Origin: Octopus sinensis | Lineage: Eukaryota | Direction: 5' to 3' | DNA: 51,626 nt | NCBI RefSeq assembly: GCF_006345805.1 | Contig: NW_021834193.1 | Location: forward strand, 1 to 51,626 | In this document: piece by piece, positions 12,704-24,687 of the stretch | How positions within the stretch are numbered: position 1 is the first letter of the stretch | How the letters are laid out: every line of letters starts with the position of its first letter | Notes under the pieces: model-generated | The model's database searches: none | What the model was told of the DNA's origin: nothing | What the model saw: the letters and a program-made list of their open reading frames with translations, nothing else | Position numbers and translations under genes: made by a program

Positions 12704-12792
12704 ATCTATATATATATATATATATATATTTACATCTATATTTATATCTATATGTATTCATTAGGCGGAGAGAAGTAATAGGTGATAATAGT
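12454..12792. repeat. 35-bp inverted repeats enclosing a (TA)-rich array
   Basis: 12454-12488 versus the reverse complement of 12758-12792: 34/35 identical. Confidence 0.9.
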
Positions 12793-13489
12793 GTGTATAT
12801 ATATATATATATATATATGATGGGTGGCTCATGTTCGTTTCCGATAGATTTGTTCTCGTTTTTCTTTACATAGCGATTAATGCTTTGATTAGACCTTTTC
12901 TTCTATCGTCATTCATTCATTCTTTTCTTTCTTCTGTCTTCATTTCATAGTTCTTATTCGTCTTCGTTTTTGTTCTGACTGCGAACGTTCATAGAAATAT
13001 CCTTTCTTATAAAGTATCCATTTGCTGTATGTAATTTGCACCAAAATCCGATAATAATCTTCTTACGGAATATTAATTCCACACATAAACATGTTTTTTT
13101 TTGTTTTGTTTATTTATTTTGACACAAACGATGAACTTTTCTACCATTTACAAAGTGTCTGGTAATCAGAGAAATGGACTTCATCGAAATGTGTTCCAAA
13201 GGAAAAGCGCATCAAAGTAATCTGCTTAAAACCAAAGTATTCATCCATCTTAAACATTGCAAATAATCAGTATACTTACTCCGGTGTTTACTCAAGATAT
13301 ATTATCGTTGTTCGGAATACAGAACTGGAGAAGATGAGAAACGAAAGCTACACATAAGATTAATGTATTTATTGCTTAGTGATTATTTTTTATTGATATA
13401 TTTACTATCTTACTCTGTTACTCTGTTAAATTCATCCTTAATGGTGAGCTCACGTAAAAGTCATGAAGACCGAACACTTAAACGTTTGT

Positions 13490-13604
13490 ATATATCAATA
13501 TACGTGTGTGTACGTATGCGTGTATATAAATATATCTACATATATCTATATTTCTATAAATTATTTGTAAGCATGTACACATGCATACATAAGCAAAACG
13601 CATC

Positions 13605-13658
<54 letters not shown>

Positions 13659-13767
13659 ATATATATATATATATATAGAATACATATATATATATAAATT
13701 ACATATATATATATACATATATATATCCATATATATATACATATATATAATATACATATGTATATAC

Positions 13768-13798
<31 letters not shown>

Positions 13799-13960
13799 CA
13801 TATGTACATATACATATATATACATACATATACATATATACATATACATTATATACATACATATATATTATACATATATATATACACATACTATGCATAT
13901 ATATATATACATATATACATTATATATGCATATATATATACATTATATATATTATGTGTA

Positions 13961-13995
<35 letters not shown>

Positions 13996-14110
13996 ACATA
14001 TATATGTGTATGTATGTACCTATGTATATATGTACATATGTTCACTCACATATGTACGTTTATGTGTGTGTGTGTGTAGTATGTGTATAGGTATGTACGT
14101 GCATTTTTGA
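13490..14110. repeat. Degenerate (TA)n/(TACA)n array
   Basis: Directly visible. Similar arrays occur at 8700-9020, 21350-21700, 35420-35790 and 37380-37790. Confidence 0.95.
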
Positions 14111-14929
14111 TATATATTTAGCATAGTTAATATTGCTCCGGAATGCAGTATTACCCAAACACAGCTATCTTCTTTTTTCACTTCTAATTTATTTTTTCTT
14201 AAGGTTAGTCAGAATGCTTCTGGTGCTGATTGCACGGGGCCTCCCCGAATTCTGATATCGAAGTCTTTGATATTTCTATCGAAAATCTGCAGGAAAAATG
14301 GCATGAGCTGGAAGGCAAATCAAGAAGAACTCATAGTAATAGTATGCATAATGGAATGTGGTTTGTGCAGGTGTAACGATTCAAGCTACCTCCATTGTAT
14401 GTTATTACCTGCCGGTTATCTGAAATCGATTGAGTATTTTCTCTCCCTGACCTGGGTTTAGATAAATGTTGTTTTGATATATCCTTGCTTAACCAATAAT
14501 ACTGCTACTATTACTCTGGCATCATCCTCTGCGAAAATTACTTCTATTTTAAATATAACTCTTAGCACTAGTTATATCTCTTTTCCTAACTTTGTGTCTT
14601 GGGCACTATGATTCGTAGGGAAAGTTATCTCGTTTCCACCTCGGTGTATAAGTGACGGAGTAGGCAATATTCATTTGAAAAGGACACCAGGGCCTAGCAA
14701 TTTTGTGACAATGAGGCCAGTCTACCACAACAAACCCAGTGATTCATGGTACGCTATTCTTCGAATCGAACCCGAATTGTTGAAAGGCAAAGTCTATAAT
14801 GGAGGGATTCGAAATCCAAACGTAAAGAGTCGAAATTAATATTATTTTGTCCTACTCACAAACGAATTCGTTAGCTCACTGCGTTTTTTTAACAATAATA
14901 ATAATGATAATAAAATGATATTATTAATA

Positions 14930-15177
14930 TTGGGTTGGCGCATAATCATTGCGGCCTGTTTTCAACAAATTTTATGCAACAAAAACATTAACATCATGTA
15001 TCAAAAACATCTTTAAATGATTATTCCGGAGCATATTCACCATCTACTTCAATTACTGCTTCCCATTTGCTTCACAGACGGTCAGACCGTCATTTAAAGA
15101 TGCTTTTCTTAAATAGTGTTATTGATTTTGTTGAATAAAATTTGAAGAAAAGCCTCAATAATTATGCACTACCCCAT
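14930..15177 (-). mobile_element. Mariner-derived internal-deletion element (MITE-like, about 250 bp)
   Basis: 26-bp imperfect TIRs (14930-14955, 15152-15177; about 20/26) with TA on the left. The minus strand keeps the transposase C-terminus SKWEAVIEVDGEYAPE*. Confidence 0.75.
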
Positions 15178-15199
15178 TGATAATAATAATATTATTATT

Positions 15200-15284
<85 letters not shown>

Positions 15285-15368
15285 GTAGTAATAGTAATAG
15301 TAATAGTAATAATAATAATAATATAATAATAATAATATAATAATATGATAATAATAATAATGACAATA

Positions 15369-15440
<72 letters not shown>

Positions 15441-15447
15441 TATTATT
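15178..15447. repeat. (AAT)n/(ATT)n microsatellite with inverted blocks
   Basis: Directly visible; the main strand switch is at about 15399. Confidence 0.95.
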
Positions 15448-16533
15448 ATGCCAAGAAAAGAGGGAGGCCGTGGTCTTTTGCAACTGGCAATAACAATGAA
15501 GATTGCTACAATTGGCCTGGACACCTACCTGAAAAACTCTGAGGACTGGATGTTAAAACTTGTCTCAAAACATGAAAACAAGAATGTATCATACTCAGTC
15601 ACAAAACAGGCAAAGGAATATTTAAGTGAATTCCGAATACAACCGATTTCGGAATTAGAGATATATATACAAGAAACAAGCACAGAAAAAGCTAGGCGCA
15701 TGAAAACCCGTGCCAAAACTGCGGCCTTAGATATTCTGAATAATAAATGGCAAGAAAAACCTCTCTATGGCAAATACCCAAAGAGAGCGAATAATGCAGA
15801 TATCGACAAAGCCCTGACCCATCAATGGCTAATGGCCTCTGGCTTAAAACTGAAACAGAGGGTTTATCATAGCAGCTCAAGATCAATGCCTACCAACAAG
15901 AAACTACCAGGCCAAAATATTAAAGAACGGCAGTAGCCCAACATGTCGTGTATGCCGACAAACAATGAAACCATTGACCATGTTGTCTCCAAATGCAGTC
16001 TTCTAGCGCCTACAGAGTACCTCAGTAGGCATGATAGAGCTGCACAATAATTCCCTGGGTAATTTGCAAAAACCTGGATGTGCCCCATGAAAAAAACTGG
16101 TGGGAACACAATCCACCTCCTGTGCTTGAAAATGACCACATCTCACTCCTCTGGAACTTCACCATTCAAACTGACAGGAAGATAGATGCAAATAGGCCAG
16201 ACATTATTTTGAAAGACTTATAGGCCAGACATTATATTGAAAGACTTCAGACAAAGAACATGCCTCCTCATTGATATGACTGTCCCAATCGATATAAACG
16301 TATCTGTCAAGACCTACCAAAAACTGAGCAAATATAAAGATCTGGAAATAGAAATCAGCAAAATGTGGAAGCTGAAGACTAAAACAATACCTGTTGTCAT
16401 AGGTGTCCTGGGAATGATAGCGAAAGGGACTGATTGCTACCTAACTCAGATACCAGGAAACCCCAAAATGGCAGAAATTCAAAAGATAGTGCTCATGGGA
16501 ACTGCTCATATCCTACGCAAAATACTCTCTATG
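15445..16533 (+). mobile_element. R4/Dong-clade non-LTR retrotransposon fragment (lineage 2): post-RT region, CCHC finger and RLE endonuclease
   Basis: MPRKEGGRGLLQL, WQEKPLYGKY, CRVCRQTNETIDHVVSKC, RPDIILKD..LLIDMTVP..KLSKYKDL (PD-(D/E)xK) and LMGTAHILRK; frameshifted, truncated at both ends. Confidence 0.9.
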
Positions 16534-17063
16534 TACTCTTCATCAACGTGGGAACGCTGGTTGCGTTCGTTCGTGTTTCGGATTTTAATTTCTATAATTT
16601 TGAATGATCTTTTTGAACTCGACAAAGACAGGCTAGCTGTCTTATATTATCGACTGCGTAAACATGAAAAGCAAAGACAGCCGCGTCGGAATTTGAACTT
16701 CGAACGAAAAGGCGCACGAAACGACACAAAAAGGCGTGCTAAAGATTCTACCAGATCGCCCCGTTTCTATTACTGTTGGTATCACCAGAGTGAAGACTAG
16801 ATTTGCATAGCAAACATATTTCTTTTTCAACAGTCCACCTCACCATTTCTAACTTAGAGAGTACTTGATAATCAATGAAAACAATTCGGATTTAATAAAC
16901 TGCTCATAACGACACAACAGTGGTGAAAACAGGAAACTGCCCATGGTAGCCGGCAGCTCTATTGTCTGCATGAAACTTAATAACGGTTTATGGTCCTATA
17001 ATATATTACTGCTATAAGTTCCTATTGTATTTGTATATATATATATATAATATATATATATAT

Positions 17064-17099
<36 letters not shown>

Positions 17100-17144
17100 C
17101 ATACATATATATACATATATATATGTGTATATATGTATACATAC

Positions 17145-17429
17145 GCACGCGCGCCTTCGTTTTGGATTACCATTACTTTATTATCTCCTCTCCATTCTAG
17201 TTTCTTATTTGTGATCCCTCTGTCCGGCATTAGCCATGATAGATCGCTAGCCACTATTCATTCTTTACCTTCTGTCCACGTTTCTTAGTGTATTCCTTTC
17301 TGTGGAAGAGTGTAGGCTCGAAACGTTAAAGGACTTTTCACTTCCCGGGCGTTATACTAATACACCTGTTTGTCTTCTACACCACCTGTCTTCGTCTTTT
17401 GTTTTATTTTTGTTTTTTCTTGTAATTCT

Positions 17430-17432
<3 letters not shown>
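17145..17432 (+). mobile_element. Penelope pseudo-LTR-like non-coding repeat carrying a minimal hammerhead-like motif
   Basis: Homologous to the reverse copy at 22106-22272 and contains the motif at 17294-17333. The Penelope assignment is inferred from the hammerhead type; no ORF seen. Confidence 0.55.
17294..17333 (+). ncRNA. Minimal type I hammerhead variant (position 6 is U)
   Basis: Stem I TCCTTT/AAAGGA, CTGTGGA, extra A, stem II GAGT-gtag-GCTC, GAAA, palindromic ACGT stem III, U17. Confidence 0.55.
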
Positions 17433-17464
<32 letters not shown>

Positions 17465-17888
17465 CGTGTGTTTGTGTTTATATATATATATACATATCTA
17501 TATATGTATATATATATATATATATATACATATCTATATATATATACATATATATATATACATAATATATATTTACACATATGCATATATATATATTATA
17601 CATAGGTGTATATTTCGTAGATATATCTTTACGCACTCACATAACACACACACACAGAGTAACACATGCACTTGTATACACGCGTCGCGCACATGCACAC
17701 GCACGCACACATACACACACCCACATACACACACAAACATGAACGAACACACACGGTCAGCTCAAAAGTTTTGAGATGATTAGGAGAGAAGATATACCAG
17801 TTTCAGCTTTCGCACGCACTTTATTATCCGGCTGCCGACACAGTCGGAATAATAAGTGCACGCCATAGATAATTCCAATTTGAACATG

Positions 17889-17908
17889 ACTACTACTAAT
17901 ACTACTAT

Positions 17909-17964
<56 letters not shown>

Positions 17965-17970
17965 GTGGTA

Positions 17971-18017
<47 letters not shown>

Positions 18018-18095
18018 TGTAGTAGTAGCAGCAGCAGCAGCTGAAGTATAATTATTATTAGTAGTAGTAGTAGTACCACCAGCAGCAGCAGCAGG
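17889..18095. repeat. (ACT)n directly followed by its complement (AGT)n
   Basis: Junction actagt at 17961-17966. Confidence 0.95.
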
Positions 18096-18870
18096 AAGAG
18101 TATAGGACAGATTTGGCCAGACTTCCATAGAATGTATAATATTGCACGTTGTTTATACTACAGAACTAAACACGCACACACACACACACACACATACACA
18201 TATACACATATATATATATAATTTATTAGTGTATGTGCGTGTGACCTTATGTATGTGTGTGCATATATGTATATATGTATGATATATTTGTGTTTGTATA
18301 TATGTATTAACATATTAATTGATAAAGATATATGTATATAGATGGATAGATATATGGATCGATTGGTACATACCTATATACATACATGCCTACACACGTA
18401 CGTACATACATAAATACATACATACATATATACATACATATATACATACATACATACGTACATACATAGAGGTGGGAAAAGAGAGTGAGAGGATAATGTA
18501 GAGAAAAGACTGGACAATGGCGAATCTGCTAAGCTCCTGATAAATCTATCTGCTCAGAGGTGTCTTATAATCAGGCCTGATTGTAAAGTCCTGCAAGTTG
18601 TTTATCATGTTTTTCTCCAACATAGTCAGGATAATAGTCATAATTTATTTCTCAGTCACATTATTAATAACAATATAAAGATATTACAATATCTTCCAAA
18701 GCAACCACGTGCATTGAAACACATTTGGTTTGGTAAATTTGTTTTAGAAATTTAGTTTTCTATGCATTTTGTTCAATTAATACGGTAATCTTCTATAACT
18801 TCTTACTGGTAAGAAGCCGCTCCTTTTCTGATTCTAAAGTCACCCAGAACAGGAGCAATTCCTTATTCAG

Positions 18871-19164
18871 GAAAAAAAATATTTTTCATTGTACATCCCT
18901 ACATTCTACTACACAAGGTCGGTCACTAACTTAGTGCTTAAAACTTATTTGTACCATCTTAGCAGTGACAAATTCGCTAGTAGCAAAGGGATTTTGATAG
19001 GTTTATGTAATCTTAGAACACCTGACGACACTGATTGCAAAGTGACTTTAAAATTCTGCATCGATACATTAGCTCTGTGGGAGACACAAATTTGTGACAC
19101 CGCTAATCTCAAAGCTGTGGAGTCCATATTTTCGAGAATGGCAAGTCGCACGGTTTACACAGAG
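18871..19164 (+). other. Possible coding exon, unidentified
   Basis: Acceptor ttccttattcag|G, 98 open codons (EKKYFSLYIPTF..CNLRTPDDTDCKVTLKFCID..TVYTE), weak donor GAG|gtagat; no homology recognised. Confidence 0.2.
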
Positions 19165-21360
19165 GTAGATATTACATACCCCATGCCCCCCACCAAGATA
19201 AAATGAAATAGGAGATCGGCAAATATTACAGAAACATCTGTGTAATTGGCAGGATCATGACGAGCATACATCCTTTCATAAGTAACAACATCTTTACATT
19301 AAACAGTATATATACTCTAGTTATGAAAATCTCACAAAGCTAAAAAGTCCACTGTAAGCTAGGTAAGTAACTCATGCTTTATCCCTTGTATTCATAGACA
19401 CATCTCATCAATACTAGGGTACAGAAAGAATGCAAGCTGGCATATTCTTTAGTGCGTCAGATGAAATACTTAGCGTTTCTTTAGGCTCGTTACGTTCTTA
19501 TACAAAATTCCATTTAAATTAACACCAACGTCGTGCCAATCTTCTTCTATATGGCAATGAGAAACATTGTACTAACATTTGTAATGAACGTGGTGCGAAA
19601 TAAGGTCAACAGATAAACGAGGTACTTACTCAATGGAAATTACAAGCGAGTGTGCCAAAACTTGTTGTGCTCAATCCATAGATCTTGGAGAACAACAGAA
19701 AACGAATCTAGGAAAGTCAGGCGAATGGCAATTACTAAGGAAATAAGGATGTTTCAGAGAGGAAGGCTTGCAGATTTCATCGTAGGTCGTAAATCCATTT
19801 GCTCTTCTTCCACAGAAAATAGGCCATTTACTTTTGTGTTTACCCGTGTAAACCTAGACGGATGGAAAATTATACATTCAAATATGTTCCTTTTGCTCTT
19901 ACTACAAATTATGCGCATTCACCACATACACTTAGATCATAGAGCAGAAGACACAAATGGATGATAGCAGAGGATAGAAAGAGAGGAAGCATCATGCATG
20001 TAGAGTGTTTGTAGATGAAATTTATTACTGAGAAACTGAGACTTAAACCATTTATGTAACTGTCAGATTCTCCAGGGTATGACAACACAGATTGCAATAC
20101 GTATGGTATTTGTAAGGCTGACGCAGAGGTATACAATGTAACCTATGAATAAGTACAGGCCTGCATCCATAGAAAACATACTAAGACCCTTACATATGTT
20201 CACATTTCTGTAATAATATTTGCTGTGTACATAATGTTATGGGAAAGTACTAAATTTTAAAAGAGAGAATTAGTCTTATTTTTCATGTGCTTTGAGTTGC
20301 AAAACAAAACATAACAATATAAATGCTTGATGAAATTGATAGTGGCAAAACTATATATATATCTGCAACAAACCATCTTTAATGAAAAGATCATGTGTAT
20401 CTTTTAGCAATGACGTCAAAGTTAACTAGTTTAGACAAATCATTTTTTAATACAACAGTCGTTTTCTTAATGTATAACTGTTTCTATGCAAAACCAAAGT
20501 AATGCACAGGAAACTGAAAATGCACAATAGAACCCATGGTTAATACCTTCTATATATTCATACACATCGTCTGTACGGTGAAAAGTAATATAGAACAACT
20601 AATACCCGCATAAAGCACAAAGGCATACTTCTGCGATAAATCTTGATTAAAGTGCAATAGACATGTAATTATTTCTTGTGACAAATAACTGTTATTAATA
20701 AGTTTTTCTATTTTTCTCCCCAGCCAAATTAAGCTCAAAAAGAATTGACAGGAGGTAATAATTCTTTAAGGAACATTTATTTTCTTGCAATATTTTATCT
20801 AACAAAGAAAAATGCTATCTGAACGTATCTCACTCAGATTAGGAAGAGACGAAGCAAAACATATTTTATTCTATAGAACTGAGACGAAACAGATTTCTTT
20901 AAAATATATGCGAGTGCAGTTAGGAGTTTTCCCAGAAGATAATTCTATTTATTTACATAGACTGAGAATGAAAAAAAGAAAAGAAACAAGAAGAAAACAT
21001 CTTCCATGCAAATTTACGGAAAATGTGATTATTGCGTGACGTTTATGTTATTATGACTATCAGTAATAACAGAAGTGAAGTAAATGTTCTTGAGACGGAG
21101 GTAATAAAACTTGCTTTAGACTCTGCAAAGCAAAACTGTACTTCTACTTGTGGGTGCACACGCAAATAAAAGTCAATCATGTAAAGTATCATAATTGCAC
21201 AACTTACGCTTCACTGTCTGTGTCTCTACTTCACTCTCTCACCCTCTCTCTGTCTTTCACACACTCTCTCTATCCATTTCTCACTTCTTCTTAAACACAC
21301 ACACACGCAAACCCGCACATATGAGCATTCGTACATTTACCCACACACATGATAATATAT

Positions 21361-21392
<32 letters not shown>

Positions 21393-21568
21393 ATATATAT
21401 ATATATATATTATATATATATATTTATAAATGTGTGTGTGTATGTGTGTGTATACATATATATGCATCTATAATAAAATACATAATATATATACATGTAT
21501 ATATATATGTATATATATATATATACGTATATATGTATATATATATATGCATATATATATATATATTA

Positions 21569-21637
<69 letters not shown>

Positions 21638-21647
21638 TATAATATAT

Positions 21648-21697
<50 letters not shown>

Positions 21698-21904
21698 TGC
21701 ATGTATACGTACAGGACGCCACCAACAGTGTAAACAACATTAAATGCGAAAACAAACGAGTTAAATGCGCAAAACAGCGAGAGAAGTAATAGTAAATAAG
21801 ACTAATAAACACAGAGAATGACCCTTCATCAGTTGTCGGCTTTCTATCTACTCTTCATTTCGACCATTATGTAAGTGTATTTATTTGTGTATATCTGTGT
21901 ATGT

Positions 21905-22105
21905 GTATACCACCATCCCATAACAACCTATATTGAAGTGTTTATGTCCTCGTAACTTAGGGGTTCGGCAAAAGAGTCCAATAGAGTAAGTACTCATCTT
22001 ATAAATATACGTCCTGAGATTTATTGCTACGACTAAGATACTTTAAGGCAATGCTCTACAAGGGCCACGGTAAAAAAACTGGGAAGTATAAAAGAATAAA
22101 AGAAT
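21905..22105 (+). mobile_element. SINE family A 3' half, degenerate
   Basis: gtaacttagg..ttcggcaaaagag..agtaagtact..aaaagaataaaagaat. Confidence 0.65.
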
Positions 22106-22272
22106 ATAGTTGAAATTTACAGGAAGAAAAGATGAAGACAGTTTTATGAGTAACAAGTTAGCATATTAGTTTAACGCTCTGGAATTTGAGAAAATCTTTC
22201 ACGTTTCAAGCCTACGCTCTTCAGCAGAAAGCAACAAGAGAAGATAAACAGAGAGAATAATAAAACGTGCGG
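22106..22272 (-). mobile_element. Second copy of the 17145 repeat, with a hammerhead-like motif at 22196-22231
   Basis: Minus strand reads CTTT-CTGCTGA-A-GAGC-gtag-GCTT-GAAA-CG-T-G-AAAG, followed by gagcgttaaactaata, which matches the + copy. Confidence 0.6.
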
Positions 22273-22881
22273 ATCTTGCGCTCATATGTACTTGGGAAAC
22301 AGGACAACAAACGCCGAGCCATAACGAGTATCTCAAGTCTTATACATTGTTTTATATCATTCTTAAATTAGTTAAGGTCTTATTAATTTATGAATAATTT
22401 AAGAATAGTATAAAATATTGTACAAAACTTGAGATGCTTGCTATGCACCGGCGTTTGTTGCTAAATCGAAAGCCCAAAAGTGATCCAAAGGCCCCATCTC
22501 AGTTAGGAGTTTGTAACACTCATAATCCGTTACAGGACTTATCCAGCGTACCCATTCGTTTAGATCACCAGTAAACTAAACCCACTGATTCTGTGTATAC
22601 ATATATATATATTTGTATATATATATATATTCGCGTCTGTATGTGTATATCTATTTATGTTGCTATATATATGAGCGTGTGTGTGCGTGTTTGCGCTTAG
22701 TGCTCTGCTTGACAATAATACAGTCCAGGATCAGTCTCACTTTATCCTACGATGGGCAATTGTCTTCTACTAGAGCTCCGAGTAGAGTCTTGTGGTTGAA
22801 TATGTAGGAGGAAGCTGAAAGAAACTAGATGCGTACACACACACACGCATGCACACATACACACATACACACACACAAATA

Positions 22882-22931
<50 letters not shown>

Positions 22932-23966
22932 AGCATATTCACTTGACGAAGGATGCTAGCTCCTCTACGATTTTGTAACGTATCGGTTCGTTAAGAGAAC
23001 CCAATGGAATAAGGAGCAAACTTTAAAAATTCAGACTTCAGATCCATTTGTGCGTCTAAACCCCTCCAGTTGGAGGGCCCCACCATGACCCCAGTGGTAT
23101 GACTAAATTTTGTGTGTATATATATATATATAGACAGAGATACCAAGAAAGGTAGGTAGATACATACGTACATACATACATACATACATACATACATACA
23201 TACATACATACATACATACACATTTGTGCGTATGCTTATGACTATTTTTACACAGATGCACTTGCTCCTACCTAAGTTTCATATTAAGCCCGTTCAAACT
23301 TAATCTCCTTCGATGAAAAAGGAGATGAAAATCAATATTTCGTTATCTTCTCATCAATTTTTTTAAGTGAAAAAACTATGAGCAATATATAATTTTCCCT
23401 CGACATATAGGAAAAAAACATTATTGTTGGATCTATTATTTCTACCTATTAAATATGTGCTTTTATTTATGTACAATTTTCTTGATATATACACCTCTTC
23501 TTCAGATTCTCTATCTATCAATCTGTATTTACCTATCTTTGCTTTCTTCTCTCTCCAGGTACATTACCCATTTCTTTGCTGGAGATATTTGATCAATCAT
23601 TGTAAAAACGCCTATAAAATATCAGCGACGTTTTTTTCCCTACCTATTCTTTTGGATTAATTCTTTACTCATATTGCTCCTTGATTACATTTTTACTTCT
23701 TTCATCAGCATTTTCCCTTTCTATTCTTTATTACTTTGTACGCTGCTCGTTCACGTTTTCATCAGACCAATTAAAATCAGAGAGAGACATGGCTGCTACA
23801 TCTGCAGAGTTGTAACGAATCACTTTATACTCGTGTCCCTCCTGTATGAAGATTAAACGGCTAACTGAAACTAGTGCTCATATTGTGATACCATTTGCAA
23901 TGTCAAGACTTTTCATAAAGTACAACACCCATATTTAGCTTTTGTCTTTTGTTGGGAAAGAGGAGC

Positions 23967-23969
<3 letters not shown>

Positions 23970-24065
<96 letters not shown>
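23970..24065. repeat. (TTA)n tract, the tail or target of the adjacent element
   Basis: Directly visible. Confidence 0.95.
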
Positions 24066-24580
24066 GAATGAGAGAGCATTGCATGCCATCAAAGTGACAC
24101 TGGGGTAAAATATACTAAGCCCATTATAGCCATCGTGACTTCCCGTCTGATAAGGTACACTAGGCACATGTATCACAACTATATGTGTGCGACATGGTGA
24201 TCTCATATCAAGATAAACAGCACATGACCTTGCAGGTGGGGCCCAGTTAAACTTTTCTTCTGGTCGAGTAACACATCTCGCTAAATAGGTCCCTGAATAA
24301 GGGTTGTTTCAGGATGTTTAAAGAAACACCCATGTTTCCATAGGTGAATTATTCAAACCCCAAACAATAACACTCAACAACTGGCTATGATGCTCCCCCA
24401 CAACCTCCCGTGATCAGAGATGCACATATCGTCAGCCACAAAGGGACATGCCCAAATGGTTATGGTCAAACAACTGACAATCCATCTTTTATACCAAGAC
24501 AAAACAATGTCCATGATAATACTTCCAACCAGTTAAAATGAGAAGCCAAGAGAGACACTGCCTGGTACTGCATCAGGTCA
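24066..24580 (-). mobile_element. Unclassified (AAT)n-tailed retroposon 3' segment (family X)
   Basis: Homologous to 51161-51620 (ccttattcaggga, cttgatatgagatcaccatgt, gatggcat..ctctctca); ends in (AAT)n. Confidence 0.7.
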
Positions 24581-24609
24581 TTTATTATCATTTATTATTA
24601 TTATTATTA

Positions 24610-24684
<75 letters not shown>

Positions 24685-24687
<3 letters not shown>

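Noticed and set aside
14200-14461. Complex segment with splice-like signals on both strands
   Set aside because: No frame links an acceptor and donor convincingly; no recognisable protein.
16534-16800. C-terminal extension of the 187-aa ORF 16237-16800
   Set aside because: Chance read-through from the LINE C-terminus into unrelated DNA and an antisense SINE fragment.
21815-21865. CTGATGAAGGG (minus strand) and the related CTGAAGAAGGGG at about 41680
   Set aside because: The two loci look like one repeat family, but no stem II partner or downstream GAAA is present; too decayed to call.
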